DNA of 64,000 nucleotides from Sphyrna mokarran (GCA_024679065.1 JAGIQG010000023.1:10106001-10170000), one strand, 5' to 3'. Counted from the first letter of the stretch, positions 12,720 to 26,790 are shown. Numbers and translations: made by a program. The notes: generated from the letters alone by a model not told the origin.

Positions 12720-14060
12720 CGAGTTACATAGAAAAATAGGAAAATAGAAGCATGCTTCTATCATTTAGCCCTTCGAGCCTTTGCTATTCAACATGATCAT
12801 GGCTGGTCCTCTATCCCAGCACCATCCTCCCATGCTCTCCTCATAACCCTTGAACCTTTTAGCATTTAGAAATCTATTTCCTCCTTAAATATATTCAGTG
12901 ATTTGGCCTCCATAGCTTTCCATGGTACAGAATTCCACAGATTCACCATCCTCTGTGTGAAGAAGTTTTGTTTTATTCATTCATGGGACATGGGCCTCAC
13001 TGACTGGCTAGCATTTATTGTCATCCCTAATTGCCCTTGGAGAGCAGTTAAGAGCCACATGTGGCTCTAGCTCTGGAATCACATGTAGGCCACACCAGGT
13101 AAGGACAGCAGATTTCCTTCCTTAAAGGGCATTAGTGAACCAGATAGGTTAACAATTGACAATGATTACATGGTCATCAGTAGATTCTTAATTCCAGATT
13201 TTTTTCATTTCACCATTTGCCGTGGCAGGATTTGAACCTGGTTCCCCAGAACATTAGTTGAGCTTCTGGATTAATAGCTAGAGATGATACCACAAGGCCA
13301 TCACCACCCTTCCTCATTTTAGTCCTAAATGGTCTACCCTGTATCCTGAAAATATGACCCTTTTCTGTAGACCTTTCAGCCAGAGGAAACAACATCCCTG
13401 CATCCCCTGGGTCTGTCCAGCCCTGGAAGAATTTTATGTGTCTCAATTAGATCCCTTCATATTCTTCTAAATTCCAGTGAACTAGGTCTCGTTGACCCAA
13501 TCTCCCCTCATAAGACAATCCTGCCACCCCAAGAATAAGTCTGGTGAGCCTTCACTGCACTCCCTCCTTGGCAAGTATGTATATTATCTTAGATAAATAC
13601 ATTGAACCTGCACACAGTACTCCAGATGTGGTCTTATATATCGGTATCAGACATCCTGGTTCCTGTACTCAAGCTTTGAAGGCCAACATACAATTTTTCT
13701 TCCTTGTTGCTAACTGTTCCTGCAGGCTTGCTTTCATTGACTGGTGTGCAGGAATTCCCAGGTCTCTTTGTACATCAAATTTCCCAATCTATCAACTTTT
13801 GTATAATACTGTTTCATTCTGTTTCGCCATCTGAAGTGGGTAACCTCATATTTAACCACATTATACTGCACCTGCCGTGTATTTGCCCACTCAGTCAACT
13901 TTTCTAATCCACCTTAACATCCTCCTCATCATTTACATTCCCATTATGTTCTGTGTGATCAACAAACTTCAATATATTACATTTGGTTCCCTCATCCGAA
14001 TAATTGATGTAGAATGTGAACATATGGAGCCCAAACACTGATTCATTTCTTTGGGTGCGG
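12720..14060 (-). mobile_element. Antisense CR1 LINE with a nested SINE (~12975-13310)
   Basis: Reverse-strand CR1 3' end and RT fragments (FYINYSDEGTKCNILKFVDHT resembles the INDLD...ISKFADDT motif). Confidence 0.75.
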
Positions 14061-14385
14061 TTTTCTAAGACTCCCTCCAAGTAATTCACATTTGAGACAC
14101 AAACAATTAGACAGCATTGAAGGCTAGTTACTGAGAGAAATTGTTTCCCATAATTTTTATGTTAATTCGTTCACAGCATCATTGCTTCTATCCTGATCTG
14201 TAACATCATTGTCTAAAGACAGACATTGTAGTTCAGGATGCCTGCAGGATGGAGGGATATGGAGACCTGGATGTGTTGGTGAGATTGCAAAATGACGGAT
14301 CCTGAATGAGATGTAGAAGTGGTTAAAGTTGGAAACATTTGATCTTTAGATGTTTAGTCATTATCTGAATGTTTCTTTCCTACAG

Positions 14386-14708
14386 AATCCATCTCTGTTC
14401 CTGTGCTTAGACTTCTGTCACCACCAGATGCCTCATGTTGTGGGGGCTTAGTATCCGTCTCCTGTGAGTCAGTCCAGGGATCACTTCGCATTCAGTACAC
14501 ATGGTATGAAAAGACCCTGGCTGAAGATCCACAGATCTCTGTCACCAATAAACTGGATCTACATTGTCAATCCTTCACACAGCAACATCATCAATATTAC
14601 TGCATAGCCTCAAATAACGAGGGAGACAAATCCATGTGAAATGGTTAGTGTCAGTTATCAACAGATCAGAGAAAGACTGCAGTTATGTGACACAAATCAG
14701 TAGCATTG
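14386..14708 (+). pseudogene. Gene A C2-like Ig exon (frameshifted)
   Basis: tttcctacag|AA...ATTG|gtaagt. 323 nt versus 324 nt in intact copies. An insertion creates ATG TGA at ~14634-14639. Confidence 0.88.
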
Positions 14709-16078
14709 GTAAGTGTCACTATAAAACACCAATATAAACTGAATTTTTAAATATGTTAATTCAAAGTGCTTACAGCCAAATTGGGTTCAGCCTCTCAGAA
14801 CTGGTCACATTGCTTCTATCTTGTCCCTGAAGATCTGCATCTTTGATGGAAATGAAATCATGAAATATTGTAGACATTCCAGTCACCCCACAAAATCCAA
14901 AGGAAGCTTGATTCGCTGAGAGTTTAGAAAGCCACTTGCCTATTTCTAAATGGAACCTCTAAAGCCTCCCAACTCGGGAAAGATGTCAAAGACAGTGTGT
15001 TGAAGAGTTGAATTCTATTGACATGTGAGATGGAAGGTTTTTAACACTGAAGCAAATTATATTTTTAAAGCAGCCGATACCTCCTCTCTTGATCACAGTG
15101 AGCCAACACAGTAATTCTCTGTCAAAGGACCAGTTTGTTCCTAATACACATTTGGTGAAGAAAATTGGCCTGTGAAGCTTTTTGCTTTGAGCTGAGCTTC
15201 TGGAAGATTCTGTATCAGTGCAACTCATTTCTCATATTTTGCAGCAGATTCTTCACTGAAACAAACTCATTAAGGGAATTCTCCGTGGGGTGTGTGTGGG
15301 AGGGGTAGCGTGGTAGGGCGGGCGGGTGGGCGGGGGGGGGGGGGGGGGGGTGTGGGGGGGGGGGGTGGTTGGGGGTGGATGGCACGGTAGTGGTGCAGGG
15401 AGGTGGAGGATGGTTAGATGGGGGAGAGGCCCTACTGTTAGCTAGATAGATTAATTTCATAAAATAGTCAAAAAATCCACTGCTGAAGAGCGATATTTTC
15501 TGACACTGACGTAAGATCAGAAAACTGTGCTCTAGACAGGGGGAACAGCCATTGTCAATAATAGCTGGAGACTGGCTGATGTATTCACATGACATTTGTC
15601 TATTATTTTAATAGAAAGTTTCCTTAAACAATGAAACTCCATTAAATATTAACCGCCTCTCCACTCAGCAGCAGCAGTAATTCCACATTCAATATTTCAC
15701 TGTGTTTTCACTGCAGAGCTGACCTCCAAGACATTATTATAATGTTTGCTCCCAGGAACAAATTGTCCAGTGGTGGCAGAATCCACTCTCTGATTAAAAG
15801 TTTCCTTTCTGTTTTGAGAAGATAGAGCAGGTGATATCTGAATTACAAAACTGGGTCCTTACTAATAACTACAAGATCAATTCTCAAGCATAGAAACAAA
15901 GTACAAATATTTTGTATAAACTATACCCTTTCCTCACTAGCACACAGGGCAACATTAGAGGGAAATGAATTCTGTCAAATCCATTCTCCCATCCAAATTC
16001 TGCGGTTCCATTTATGAAGATGGCTCTCTTGGTTGACTTAATCAGATGAATCTGAACACTATCTTCATGTCTCGATAG

Positions 16079-16151
16079 AAGCTGAATATACTTGTGAAGT
16101 TTTAACAACAAAATCAGTCGCGTCTTCAGGATCTACACCTGTCAGTGAAAG
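16079..16151 (+). pseudogene. Gene A stalk exon
   Basis: ctcgatag|AA...GAAAG|gtacag, phase 1 to 2. Encodes EAEYTCEVLTTKSVASSGSTPVSE. Paralog of 35013-35094. Confidence 0.8.
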
Positions 16152-17101
16152 GTACAGTGTTCTCATTGCTGATGTTTCCATTAACATTGCTTTCCAATCA
16201 GAATCAATGATTATCAGTTTTGGCTTGAGGCTTTACAATAATTTATCTGAATACAACTGCTAGCTGTGTTTACATGGTGCTATTATGTTAACTTCCTAAT
16301 AAAGTTGCTGCTTCTGTTGCTGCAAATTCTTTACCTATTTAGCGGAAAGAAATTAGTACTTTTGGTTTGCCAACTTTTGTATGGTATAGTTTTCATTATT
16401 CATATTAATCATTTCATCAGGAACCCAATTTCTTGTCACACTCCAGCAATACCAGATTTCCTCAACCCTGTGTGTTCTGGAGTATCGCTGGAGTATCGCT
16501 GACAGGAACATTGCACTCATTGTCATCTTCTCCTTCTCAGTTGTCGAGTTTAATACATTGTTTCCAAACAGAGGGTTAAAGGCCGTTTGCATCCGGCTGT
16601 TTCCGAATTTCCTGTGGGAAGTGCACCAGGGAATTGTGGCATAATAAAAACAGAAAGTGCTGGAAAATTTCAGCAGGTCCGGCAGCATCTGTGGAGAGAG
16701 GAGCAGAGTTAACACTGAATCGAATATGATTCTACTTTGAAACAGTGTGGGATGATGTTCTTGGAAGTTGCTTACTCATTGAACAGATATCTCACCATTG
16801 TTATATTGCACCAGACAATGTTGCTGTCCCAGTGATCAGTCAATTCATAACATTCTTACTTCTAAGGTCTTACTCAGCATTACAGATATACTGAGGAAAT
16901 TTAATGAAACCAGCTCCATTTGATCTTACCTAATGATCATGAAGTTGATCAGTGAAACTCTAGTTGATTGCTCCAGCTTATACACCTTGTCTGTGTGGCG
17001 CTGCGACAATAGGTCAAAGTGTAAAGAGGAGATTAATGTTTCAAACATGAAGCTGCCTCATTCCCTTCAAATCATTCTGTATTTCTTCCATTTTTGCTCA
17101 G

Positions 17102-17192
17102 TTTCATTATCTGGAATGTGATTCGCTAGGGGCTCTTTACCCTTTTGGTGATTTGTGTTACTTCGGTCACATGGTACACGAGAAAATCTCAG
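17102..17192 (+). pseudogene. Gene A TM exon with nonsense mutation
   Basis: FIIWNVIR*GLFTLLVICVTSVTWYTRKSQ. TGG in gene B is TAG here at 17127-17129. Confidence 0.88.
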
Positions 17193-17519
17193 GTGAGGAT
17201 TACGGACTTTACAACAATCATTCTGAACACCTTGTAATTATCACAGATATTGTGTAGAGAAACTTGAATTGATGTCAATGTCCACAGGATTAAACACAAA
17301 ATTTTACCTTTCATTTCCAAGTGTGGTAGGGGCAGGAAAAGAGGTGATGAAAAAATATGGCCAAGAACTATGTGTATAAATGTTGAAGGGACAGGATGCT
17401 GCCCATCCCACCAGAAATTTAGTTTTTTAAAGGTTAGAATCATATTTCTAAATGTCATCCTGATGCACAAAAGTTAAAATAAAAGGCGCTCCTCCCTTGC
17501 ACAACCCAATGCATCACCC

Positions 17520-17720
17520 ACCTCCCTGACACTGCCTCGGGCATTGACCCCTGACACTGCATGGGATCCTGCCCATCACTGATCCCTGGCATTGCATGGA
17601 CACTGCCATTGGTACTTACCCCTGGTACTACATGGATATTGCTCCAGCATTGTACCCTGACACTGCATGAACATTGTCTTGACACTGGCACCTGGCACTG
17701 AATGGACACTACCTCTTAAC
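17520..17720 (+). repeat. Degenerate ~24-36 bp minisatellite (cactgcatggacactgcc...gcactgacccctgg); longer copy at ~36630-36925
   Basis: Recurring actgcatgga / ctggcactga motifs in both duplicated segments. Confidence 0.65.
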
Positions 17721-19293
17721 AGTAACCTTGAGCAATGCATTCACCTGAACATCTCCAGCGGGTCTGCACTCTCGCTACATGTCATGGCCATCAATCATAA
17801 TGCACACCAGTGTGCCCTCACACTGTTGGAGGGTGTGGGGCAGTGAGCCTTAATCAGGTGCCGGCTTTTGATAATGCATGCAGATTGATTATGATGCTCA
17901 ATGTTGAGAATCCTGTGATGTCAGTGATGGGAGCTGGGGGCAATCACAAAGAGACTTCCCATCAAAGTAATCACATGATTTGGATTTCTTGTGAGACCAT
18001 CTGTTCTTGTCCAGCCCCCTCCCTCCCTTCTCCCTCCCTCACCCCCCTCAGAAGAACTTGGGTGGAGAGTCCACCCAGAGTATTTTACAGATTATATGGT
18101 TCGGTTTTGAAATGTTGCTGATGTTATGTTAGAGAGATCAAGGAGATTGTTTGCTTTTGATTGTGTCAACATTCCTGATCCTTGTTGCAGCTGCATCCAT
18201 CCTGAAGTAATCAGCCATCTTTGTCCAGCATAACTTCCACTCATAAATGGAAGTTTCACTTTATCACTGGAGGATTTTACAATACAATGTAGAATTGATT
18301 GTTCTGGATGGTGTTCGGATCACAGCAGCAAAATATTGGCCTTGGAAGGGATGCATTGTCTTTTGTTCTATTTCACAGGATGTAGATGTCACTGACAAGG
18401 GCAGAATTTGTTGCTCATCCCTAATTGCCACATCTGAGTGACTTGCTGGGCCATCTCAGAAGATAACTAGGAATCAAACACATCGCAGTGCGTCTGAGGT
18501 GACATGGAGGTCAGACTGCATAAGGAAAATAGATATCCTTCCCTGAAGATATTAGCGAGGATTTATGACTTTATAACCATTTATCACCATATCCAAACTA
18601 CCAGTTGGATTTCTACAACAACTGATGTCAAGCTTCCTGGTCACCATTGGTCAGATTTTCAATTTCAGATTGCTTCATCAATTGAACTTGAATTCATTGC
18701 ATTTATATTCCACCAGCTATTTGTTGAAATCATGTTCCCAGCATTTTATTATCAACCTCTGAATTACTAGCCCAGTGACATTGACACTGAACCACCATCT
18801 CTGCAGTATCAATACATTAGAATGATACAGTAATGATGGAGTAAATTATTTGCAGAGATTGCACAAACTTGCTGCATTTCCTCACATTTTCTCACAGCTG
18901 GGATTCAATAAGACACAGTCCCAGGTTCAATTTTGGCCTTGGGTGACTGTCTGTGCAGAGTTGCAGGTTGGTGCTGAATGGGGTTGAATGAGCTGCTCTT
19001 GTTGCTGTGTTTCTGTGTCACCCTCCATGGAAAAAACATTTCCATTTTATCATCCAATCTTATTAAACAGTCAACAAAAGAGAAAGGAAGGAAATTGGAA
19101 AGGCTATAAAAAACAGGAGGGGTCACTGTTTCTGGACCAAAACTGGAGGAGATTTCAAATTATGCAGAGAGCAGTAAGAGGCTGAAACACCTACCCAATG
19201 ATGGTGCTGCTGGAAGCACCAACTGGAATGTATAAAATATTTTAGAAACATGGACATAACAATCCATTTCTCCAATCAACTGTCCTTAATTAC

Positions 19294-19642
19294 GGCAAGA
19301 AGTCTCACAACACCAGGTTAAAATCCAACACGTTTATTTGGTAACGAACTCTGCTAAATTTCTGAGCGCTGCCCCTTCGGTAGGGCATATAAAGGCATAC
19401 ACTCAGTTTACACATCTCTTTAACCTATGCCTAGTGCTATCTCCACTCACATAGGTTAAAGAGATGTGTAAACTGAGAGTGTACCTTTTATATGCCCCAT
19501 TTGTTATCAGAATTCCCCACCCACCTGACAAAGGAGCAGTGCTCTGAAAGCTAATGGCATTTGCCACCAAATTAACCTGTTGGACTCTAACCTGATGTTG
19601 TGAGACTTCTTAAAGTGTTTTGTATCCCAGTCCACATTATGA
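19294..19642. mobile_element. Penelope-like inverted-repeat insertion forming a long hairpin
   Basis: Outer inverted arms aagaagtctcacaacaccaggtta / taacctgatgttgtgagacttctt. Inner perfect 28-bp arms at 19402-19429 and 19450-19477. Flanked by cttaattac/cttaatcac and absent at the paralogous site (~37929). The Penelope assignment is inference. Confidence 0.6.
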
Positions 19643-20782
19643 CTTAATCACAGCTGCAAGAGGAACATTGGTTTTTCTGTGTGTAAAATAATGTTATGTG
19701 TCTTCACAAAGCATACAAATGCAATGGGTGATGAATGTGATCTCGAAACTGTCCCAAATTGTTGCCATTTCCTGAATTCTGTTCAAGACTGAAATGATGC
19801 ATTGTTCTCCCAGTCTCAATGAATTCAATGATTTTCTTTTCCAGTCACTCAATGAATTCAATTCTCACAGTTGGACCAAAGTGGGAAAATGAAGATTCCA
19901 GGATTCCATCTATATCAAAAGAATTGTGCATCCTGGTCAAATATTCAAACCTCATACAGCTTTGAACATTTCTTTTAACAGATCAATGTAATAAAATGTT
20001 TTTTCATTATTAAATGAAGTCTGAAAGATATGCTGGTTAGGGTGCATTGGCTCTGCTGAATTCTCACTCAAAGAACACAAACCAACACTGGAATGTGACA
20101 ATTGGGGGATTTTCACAGTAACTTCATTGCAGTTTTAATGTAAGCCAACTTGTGACACTAATGAAAAAAATAAAAACAAACAAACATGATTTTGACCGAA
20201 AATTTAGTGAAGGAATCAAAATCCATACAGTGGCTGTGACCTTCAGGTTGTATATCGACATCTGGACAATAATTGATCTGTTTGCTGATTAAATGTCTAC
20301 ATTTCTTGTTTCATATTCTTATCTGAATCTTTGTCAATTTAAAGATGAACAAATTCAGGAAGGAATTGGCAACACAATTTTTTCATTCACTGAATATCAG
20401 TCGCTCTAATGATACATTCCACATTTCTCAGGAATGAAACAATGTGTCTGTATAACACCAGAATGGGAGATTCCCTGGATTAGTCTAACTTCAGCTATTG
20501 GATAAATATTGGAATCAATTATTAAGGAGAGAATATCAGGGCCTTTGGAAAGTTATAATGTGATTAGGCAGAGTCAGATTGGGTTCATGAAGTGAAAATA
20601 ATTTCTGGCAAATTTACTAGAATTCTTGGAGTAGATATTAGCTAGAGTGGATAGAGGAGAACCAGTTGATGTTGTATATTTGGATTTTCAAACAGGCATT
20701 TGATAAGGTACCATACAAAAGGTTAATATGCAAGAACATATTGTTGTCAGGAATATTCTGGTGTGGTTAGAGGATTGACTAA

Positions 20783-21686
20783 TGTGACAATACTGTGACT
20801 TCAAGGAATGTATTTGTCACATTTCTTGTGCAAGATTTGTTTTAGCAGATTTCCTTTGTTATCCCTGCCAGTTTGTCCAGCAGGCATATGTTGTTACTGC
20901 AGCAGCATAATTGCTCCTAATTATTAGGACATTTATTTTAAACTAGACTACTACTTTTTTGTTTGATTTTCAGTGGTTCCCCTGGGGTTTTGCAGAGTAG
21001 GGTTTGATTAGGTTGTGTGAAAAGTACAGTCGTATCACTGGGAGGAGCTGGCTTACGCAGAAAGATCAAGTCAAATTCCGCTTTGACTTGTTAGAGAGTA
21101 GTGCCTCTCAGTTTCTCTCTCTGGAAAGTTGGAATTAGGAATTTGCCAGGAAGCAAGTCTCATTGTCTGAGAAGGTGATGTTTTGGAAGCTGCAGTATAA
21201 GGTATTCATTCAAATTTTGAAGACTGAGAGTTGCCACAGACTAGGTGATTTCTTTGAAGTTCTGCTCTTTGGAATATATCCTTCTGAGAAAGTACTGTGC
21301 TGATGTTTGTGTTGAGGTATTAAAAGGCTGGAAACCTTGTGTTCATGAAGCATTTTTGCTTTCTTTGCTAACTGTTTCTAAAGAAGGGGTTTATATCTCA
21401 CTAGGGCATGAGCTAAATTGGAATATCAGTGATAGGTAACTTGTAAGAATTATACTTTGTCATGTTTAAGTATTTAATTGGCAAAAAGTTATGCCAATTC
21501 TTTTTTGTTATATTTGAACTATCTCTTAAATAAAGTTAGTTTTGACTAAAGTTTCCTTGTAGGTCACTTGAATCTTAGCTGGAGTAAAACACTTCATGCT
21601 CACCCTAATTCCAAAATCAAATCTAAAAGTTTAGGTCAAGGCTAACTTTATGAAATACCTTGGTGTGTCTGCTTTGGTCCTTAAAA
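20783..21686 (+). mobile_element. Solo-LTR-like element (paralog 38685-39562; related inverted copy 43901-44476)
   Basis: Starts TGTGACA. The 3' end ...gctaactttatgaaataccttgg... matches the reverse complement of 43901-43960, which ends in TAACA. Every copy interrupts CR1 sequence. Confidence 0.5.
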
Positions 21687-22600
21687 GAGAACATGACAGG
21701 ATGGATGCTGAGAGACACTACAACTCACCGACGTCATTTAAACGTAAGGTTTGTCCCATTGACGACAGAGATGAAAAGATTTATTTTCTGTCAGAGGTTT
21801 GTGAAATTTGGAACTCTCTTTCCCAGAGAGTGGTGGAGGGAGGGTCAATAAATATTTTTCAAGTAAAGCTTGGAAGATTCTAGACTAACAAGGGAGGCAA
21901 AGATTATCAAGGGTCGATGGGATATAAAGTTGAGGTCACAATCAGATCAGTCATGATATTTTTGAATGACAGATTAGGCATGAATGATCTTCTCCTGTTC
22001 TTAATTTGTGTGTTTGCATGTAGTTACTTTGTTTGGCAAAAGCCTCTTTAATGAATATCAGCGTATATCTGTCCAGGTGATAAACTTAAAGAGTATTATT
22101 CCATATCGCACATGACATATTGTTGTGATACCTACTGGGGCCCTTCACTTGTGTATATGAGCTCATTGAGTGGTTCCCAATACCAAATAAGCTCAATATT
22201 AAATTCCCATTCTCCCATTCATATTTCTCCAGGGTCTTGTCAGCTCCTATCTTTACAAATGTTTCTCTGAATCTTGTGATCTCCCAACCGTGGCTTCTTG
22301 TGTATTTTCAAGTCTTCACCACACCACACCAATTGTCTAGATTCAAAACTCCAGCAGCCTCTCCCTAAAATTGATCTGACCAGTGTTTTTGAACTAATCT
22401 TTGCCTCAGCAACAGCACTTGTCTGATGACATTACTGTAAAATACCTGAGGTAGTTCTACCGTGCAGCATGGTGGCAGAGTGGTTAGCACTGCTGCCTCA
22501 CAGTCCCAGGAACTCAAAGGTCAAGTCTGACTGTTGGTGTGGAGTTTGCACATTTTCCTCCCTCTGTCTGCATGGGTTTCCTCCAGGCACTCTGGTTTCA

Positions 22601-23800
22601 AAGAACATAGAACAAAGAACAAAGAAAATTACAACACAGGCTCTTCGGCCCTCCAAGCCTGCACTGACCATGCTGCCCGACTTAACTGAAACCCCTTATC
22701 CTTTCAGGGACCATATCCCTCTATTCTTATCTCATTCATGTACTTGTCACTGTGTATCTACTTCCACTACCTCCTCTGGCAGCGAGTTCCAGGCAGCCAC
22801 CACCCTCCTTGTACATCTCCTTTAACTTTGCCTCTCGCACCTTAAACCTACGCTCACTACTGATTGACTCTTCCACCTGGGAAAAAGCTTCTGTCTATCC
22901 CTCTGCCCATGTCTCTCATAATCTTGACTTCTATCAGATCTCCCCTCAACCTCTGTCCCTCCAGCGAGATCAAACCAAGTTTCTCCAAGCTCTCCTCATA
23001 GCTAATGCCCTTCATACCAGGCAACATCATAGTAAATCTTTTCTGTACCTTCTCCAAAGCCTCTGCTTTCTTCTGGTAGTGCGATGATCAGAATTGAACA
23101 TGACATTCCAAGTACGGCCTAACTAAGGTCCTATAAAGCTGCAACATTACTTGCCAATTTTTAAACTCAATACCCGGCTAATGAAGGAAAGAGTGCCATA
23201 TGCATTCTTGACCACCTTCTCCACCTGCATTGCCATTTTCAATGACCTATATACCTGTATATCCAGATCCCTTTGCCTATCAATACTCTTAAGGGTTCTG
23301 CCACTTACTGTATATTTCCTATCTGTATTAGATCTTCCAAAAGCATTACCTCAAGTTTGTCGGATTAAATTCCATCTACCATCTCTCCACCCAAATCTCC
23401 AACTGTCGTCCGCACTAATCAATCCAGTTACATTTTCCTCCAAGTCATTGATATATAATACAAACAGCAAAAGTCTCAGCACTGATTCCTGAGGAATGCC
23501 ACTTGTTACAGCCCTCCATTCAGAAAAGCACCCTTCCACTACTACCCTCTGTTTTCTTTGACCGAACCAATTTTGTATCCACCTTGCCAGCTCACCTCTG
23601 ATGCAATGCGACTTCACCTTCTGCACCAGCCTTCATGAGGGATTTTGTCAAAGAACTAACTGAAATCCATGTACACAACATCCACTTCCCTCTCCTCAAA
23701 TATTATTTTTGACACTTCCTTGAAAAACTCAATGAGGTTCGTGAGACTTAACCACCCTTCCACAAAATCATGTTGCTTCTCACTAATCCATCCACTTATT
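22601..23800 (-). mobile_element. Antisense CR1 LINE inserted into an HE1-like SINE (SINE halves ~22465-22600 and ~23800-23970)
   Basis: ORFs EKVQKRFTMMLPGMKGISYEESLEKLGL and WIQNWFGQRKQRVVVEGCFSEWRAVTSGIPQ, with an (agaacata)n tail. The paralogous SINE at 40329-40625 is uninterrupted. Confidence 0.85.
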
Positions 23801-25099
23801 CATGCCACAATCCAAAGATGTGAGTTTTAGATTGATTGTCCATGCTAAATTGCCCAACGGGTTAGGGGATCAGCAGGGTAAATATGTGAGGTACAGAGAT
23901 AGGGCATGGATGGCTCTGTGTCAGCATGATGGACTGAATGGCCTCCATCTGCACTGTAGGATTCAATGATGAAAGGTACTTTATAAAGAGCAAGTTATTG
24001 CTGTTGTTGCTGATTCCATCGATGAGTTAATAATAAAAAATGAATATGTTTCTCCACCCAAGGCTGTGGTCAATGAGAGTTCTAACTTTAGATTTACTCA
24101 GAGAGAAGTTCTTACCCACATGTGAAAGCTTGTACTCAGAATTCTGAATTTTCCAAATGGTTCCAATGTTTGATCATTTTTTATTGAGTATAGAATTCTG
24201 TGAGTGACAGCTCCATCCTAAATAAGCACCAATTTACAGCAATATTCCATGAACTTCCCAAATTCTTTAATGGTTGATGAGAAAGGCAAAGAGAGAGATT
24301 GACATTGGAAATAAATGTGGATTCATATTTGCTGCAATTTGCAAAGTTCATGGTTTCAAAGTGCAAGAAAAATGTGTTGCTGAACTCAGGATGGTGTGAG
24401 ATAGAAACCCTGTGAATGTACAATAGGTGTCAGATACCAAATATCGAGCTGTGTTTGCAGCAGCGAGAAGATCAGCATTGATACAGAATTTGCTGCAAAC
24501 AGCACGGGGGGTTTTGCTGCATTTCTTGCTGTACAAGACAGTGGCAGACCCCCCACCTTGTCAAGGGAAATTAGTGATGGGGAAATACACTGTCTGAACC
24601 AGCAATTCTCATTTCCCATGAAAACTAAACAACAATAAAACAATTTTTTTAAGTTCCTGAACAAATTTTAAAATCTCCAATAATGAGTAGGTCACATGGT
24701 GAGACAACGGGGATTTCTCTCTCTTATGCCAGGGTTGGAAGACAAGGATTAGTTGGCTTCTTCTGCCCAAGGAACACTGCAAGAGTGAAAGAGACCATCT
24801 CTGCTTCATGACCCTTCTCCCTCTGTCAATTGAACCTCTCCTCTCTGTTGCTGGTACTGACTGACTAGCGAGTCCTCCCCATTCAGCTCCTGCTTGGATC
24901 TTGGAGAAAATTCAGGCCCAGGTCTTTACATCAGTTTCCACGCTGCCTCGATTAGTGAAGTATCAACATAGAACAGCCTCTGGGGAAACTGGGGCATTAA
25001 GAGCCACAACTTGTACATTTCAGAATGGTAGGTCCCAGGCGAGAAACTTGTAAAGTAGTAAATGTACATGGAGTACAGAGTAATTTAACAAAGTGGATT

Positions 25100-26790
25100 C
25101 AAAATATAGGAGACAGAGGGTGATGACAGAAGGCTGCTTTAGTGACTGGAAGCCTGTGTCCAATGGCGTACTGCAGGGATCTGTGTTGGACCCCTATTAT
25201 GTTTGATTTATATAAATGGCACAGATGATTATGTGGGGGGGGGCTGGTAGGATTTGTAGGTTTGCAGCTGACATAAAGATTAGATGGGTAGTTAACCGTA
25301 AGTGTCTTTGGCGACAAGAAGATACAAATAGAATGATCAAATGGCCAGATAAGTGGCAGATGGAAGTTAACCCTTAAAGTGTGAGGTGATAGTCTTTAGA
25401 AGGAGTAATTAGACAAGAAGTTATTCAATGAATTTCAGGACACCAGGAAGTTCTACAGAATAAAGGGACCTTGGTGTGTTTGTCCATAGATTTCTGAAGA
25501 TGGAACGGCATGATAGTTGGGTGGTGAGAAAGATAAATGGGACACTTGCCTTTATCAGTCGAGACATAGGTTACAAAAGCAGGGAAGTCAAGTTGGAGTT
25601 GTATAGAACTTTAGTGAGGCCACAGCAGGAGTATTGTGTGCAGTTCTGGTTACCTGATTATCAGAAGAATGTAATTGCATGGAGAGGGTGCAGAGGAAAT
25701 TTACCAGGATGCTGGGATAGAAAATTTAAGTTATGAGTAGAGGTTGGGTAGGATTGGGTTGTTTTTGTTTTGTTGTGAGAACATTACCACCGGAGTCAGA
25801 CTGGAGGTTCAATACTACAGCTTTTATTTCAGATGTGAAACTGCGAGGAGAAAACACTGGAACCCTGAAATACTTGGCAGCTACCTTCTCAATAATACAA
25901 TAGGAGTGCTTCATTTTTATACATTTCAGACAAAGGATAGTCCGGACTTTAGCCATTTATCACATCATTATAGTTGAGTAGGACCAATAGTTAACACGTT
26001 GTTACAGTCAGACATATGCAGACATTGGCATTTAACATCTCATTGTTTCATAGGATGGATACATTTCCTCTATCAGTGACTATCAATGACTTTGTTTCAG
26101 TCTATACAAACAGTAATTGGTTTTCCTGCATTCATGTATTCCCATTCCCATTTCTGGCTAATCTCTTTATCAGGCCATATTGTTCTGAGTCTGTCCTTAT
26201 TTTTAAAGAGCCTCAAACTGCTGCAGTATTTGTTTTCTGAATGTGTAACTTATAATAACTATCTGTGCTGCATGTTTTAATTTCAAGTAGGTGTCTGCGC
26301 TGAAGTCAGTGCCTGCATAATGTCTCTTTCTCAGATAACCATTTTACATGCCAGGCCACCATTTTGTGTGCCATCTTTATGATTTTCCCCTTTTCAGTCG
26401 GAGCAGAGAAGATCAAGGGGGGTGGGGTGCGACCTGATCGAGGTGTAACAAGATTACAGGGGACATGGACAGAGTGGATAAAGAGCAGCTTTTCTCTTCA
26501 GTTGAAGGGTCAGTCACAAGGACCCCACATTCAAGGTGAGGGGCAGAAGCTTTACGGGGAATGTGAGGAAAACCTTTTTTACCCAAAGAGTGGTGGTGGT
26601 CTGAAATGTGTTGCCTGGGAGGGTGTAGAAGCAGGTTGCTTCACATCCATTAAAAATTATCTGATGAGCACTTGACACATCATAAAATTCATGTCTAGAG
26701 GCCAAGTGCTGGCAGATGGCATTAGATGGGAGTTAAGGCATTTGTAATGTGTCTCTGTGGATCCAAAGGAACTTCTCTGCACTGCATGAT
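25100..26790 (+). mobile_element. Degenerate CR1 LINE interrupted by an insertion at ~25771-26397 that includes an LTR-like TGTTG...TAACA segment (25771-26037)
   Basis: LAFISRDIGYKSREVKLELYRTLVRPQQEYCVQFW. The host sequence resumes at ggagcagagaag ~26400. Confidence 0.65.

Larger units (their letters stand above)
14200..24900 (+). repeat. Segmental duplication: gene A block paralogous to the gene B block (~33200-41570)
   Basis: Colinear exons, introns and shared old repeats. The blocks differ by copy-specific insertions. Confidence 0.9.

Noticed and set aside
16266-16502. Hydrophobic ORF resembling a TM segment
   Set aside because: It is T-rich intron sequence whose frame is not conserved in the gene B paralog. 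The true TM exon is 17102-17192.
19871-19965. ITIM-like VKYSNL in a frame downstream of gene A
   Set aside because: Neither the motif nor the frame is conserved in gene B (VKYSIP), it lies beyond the likely stop, and it resembles SINE-derived sequence.
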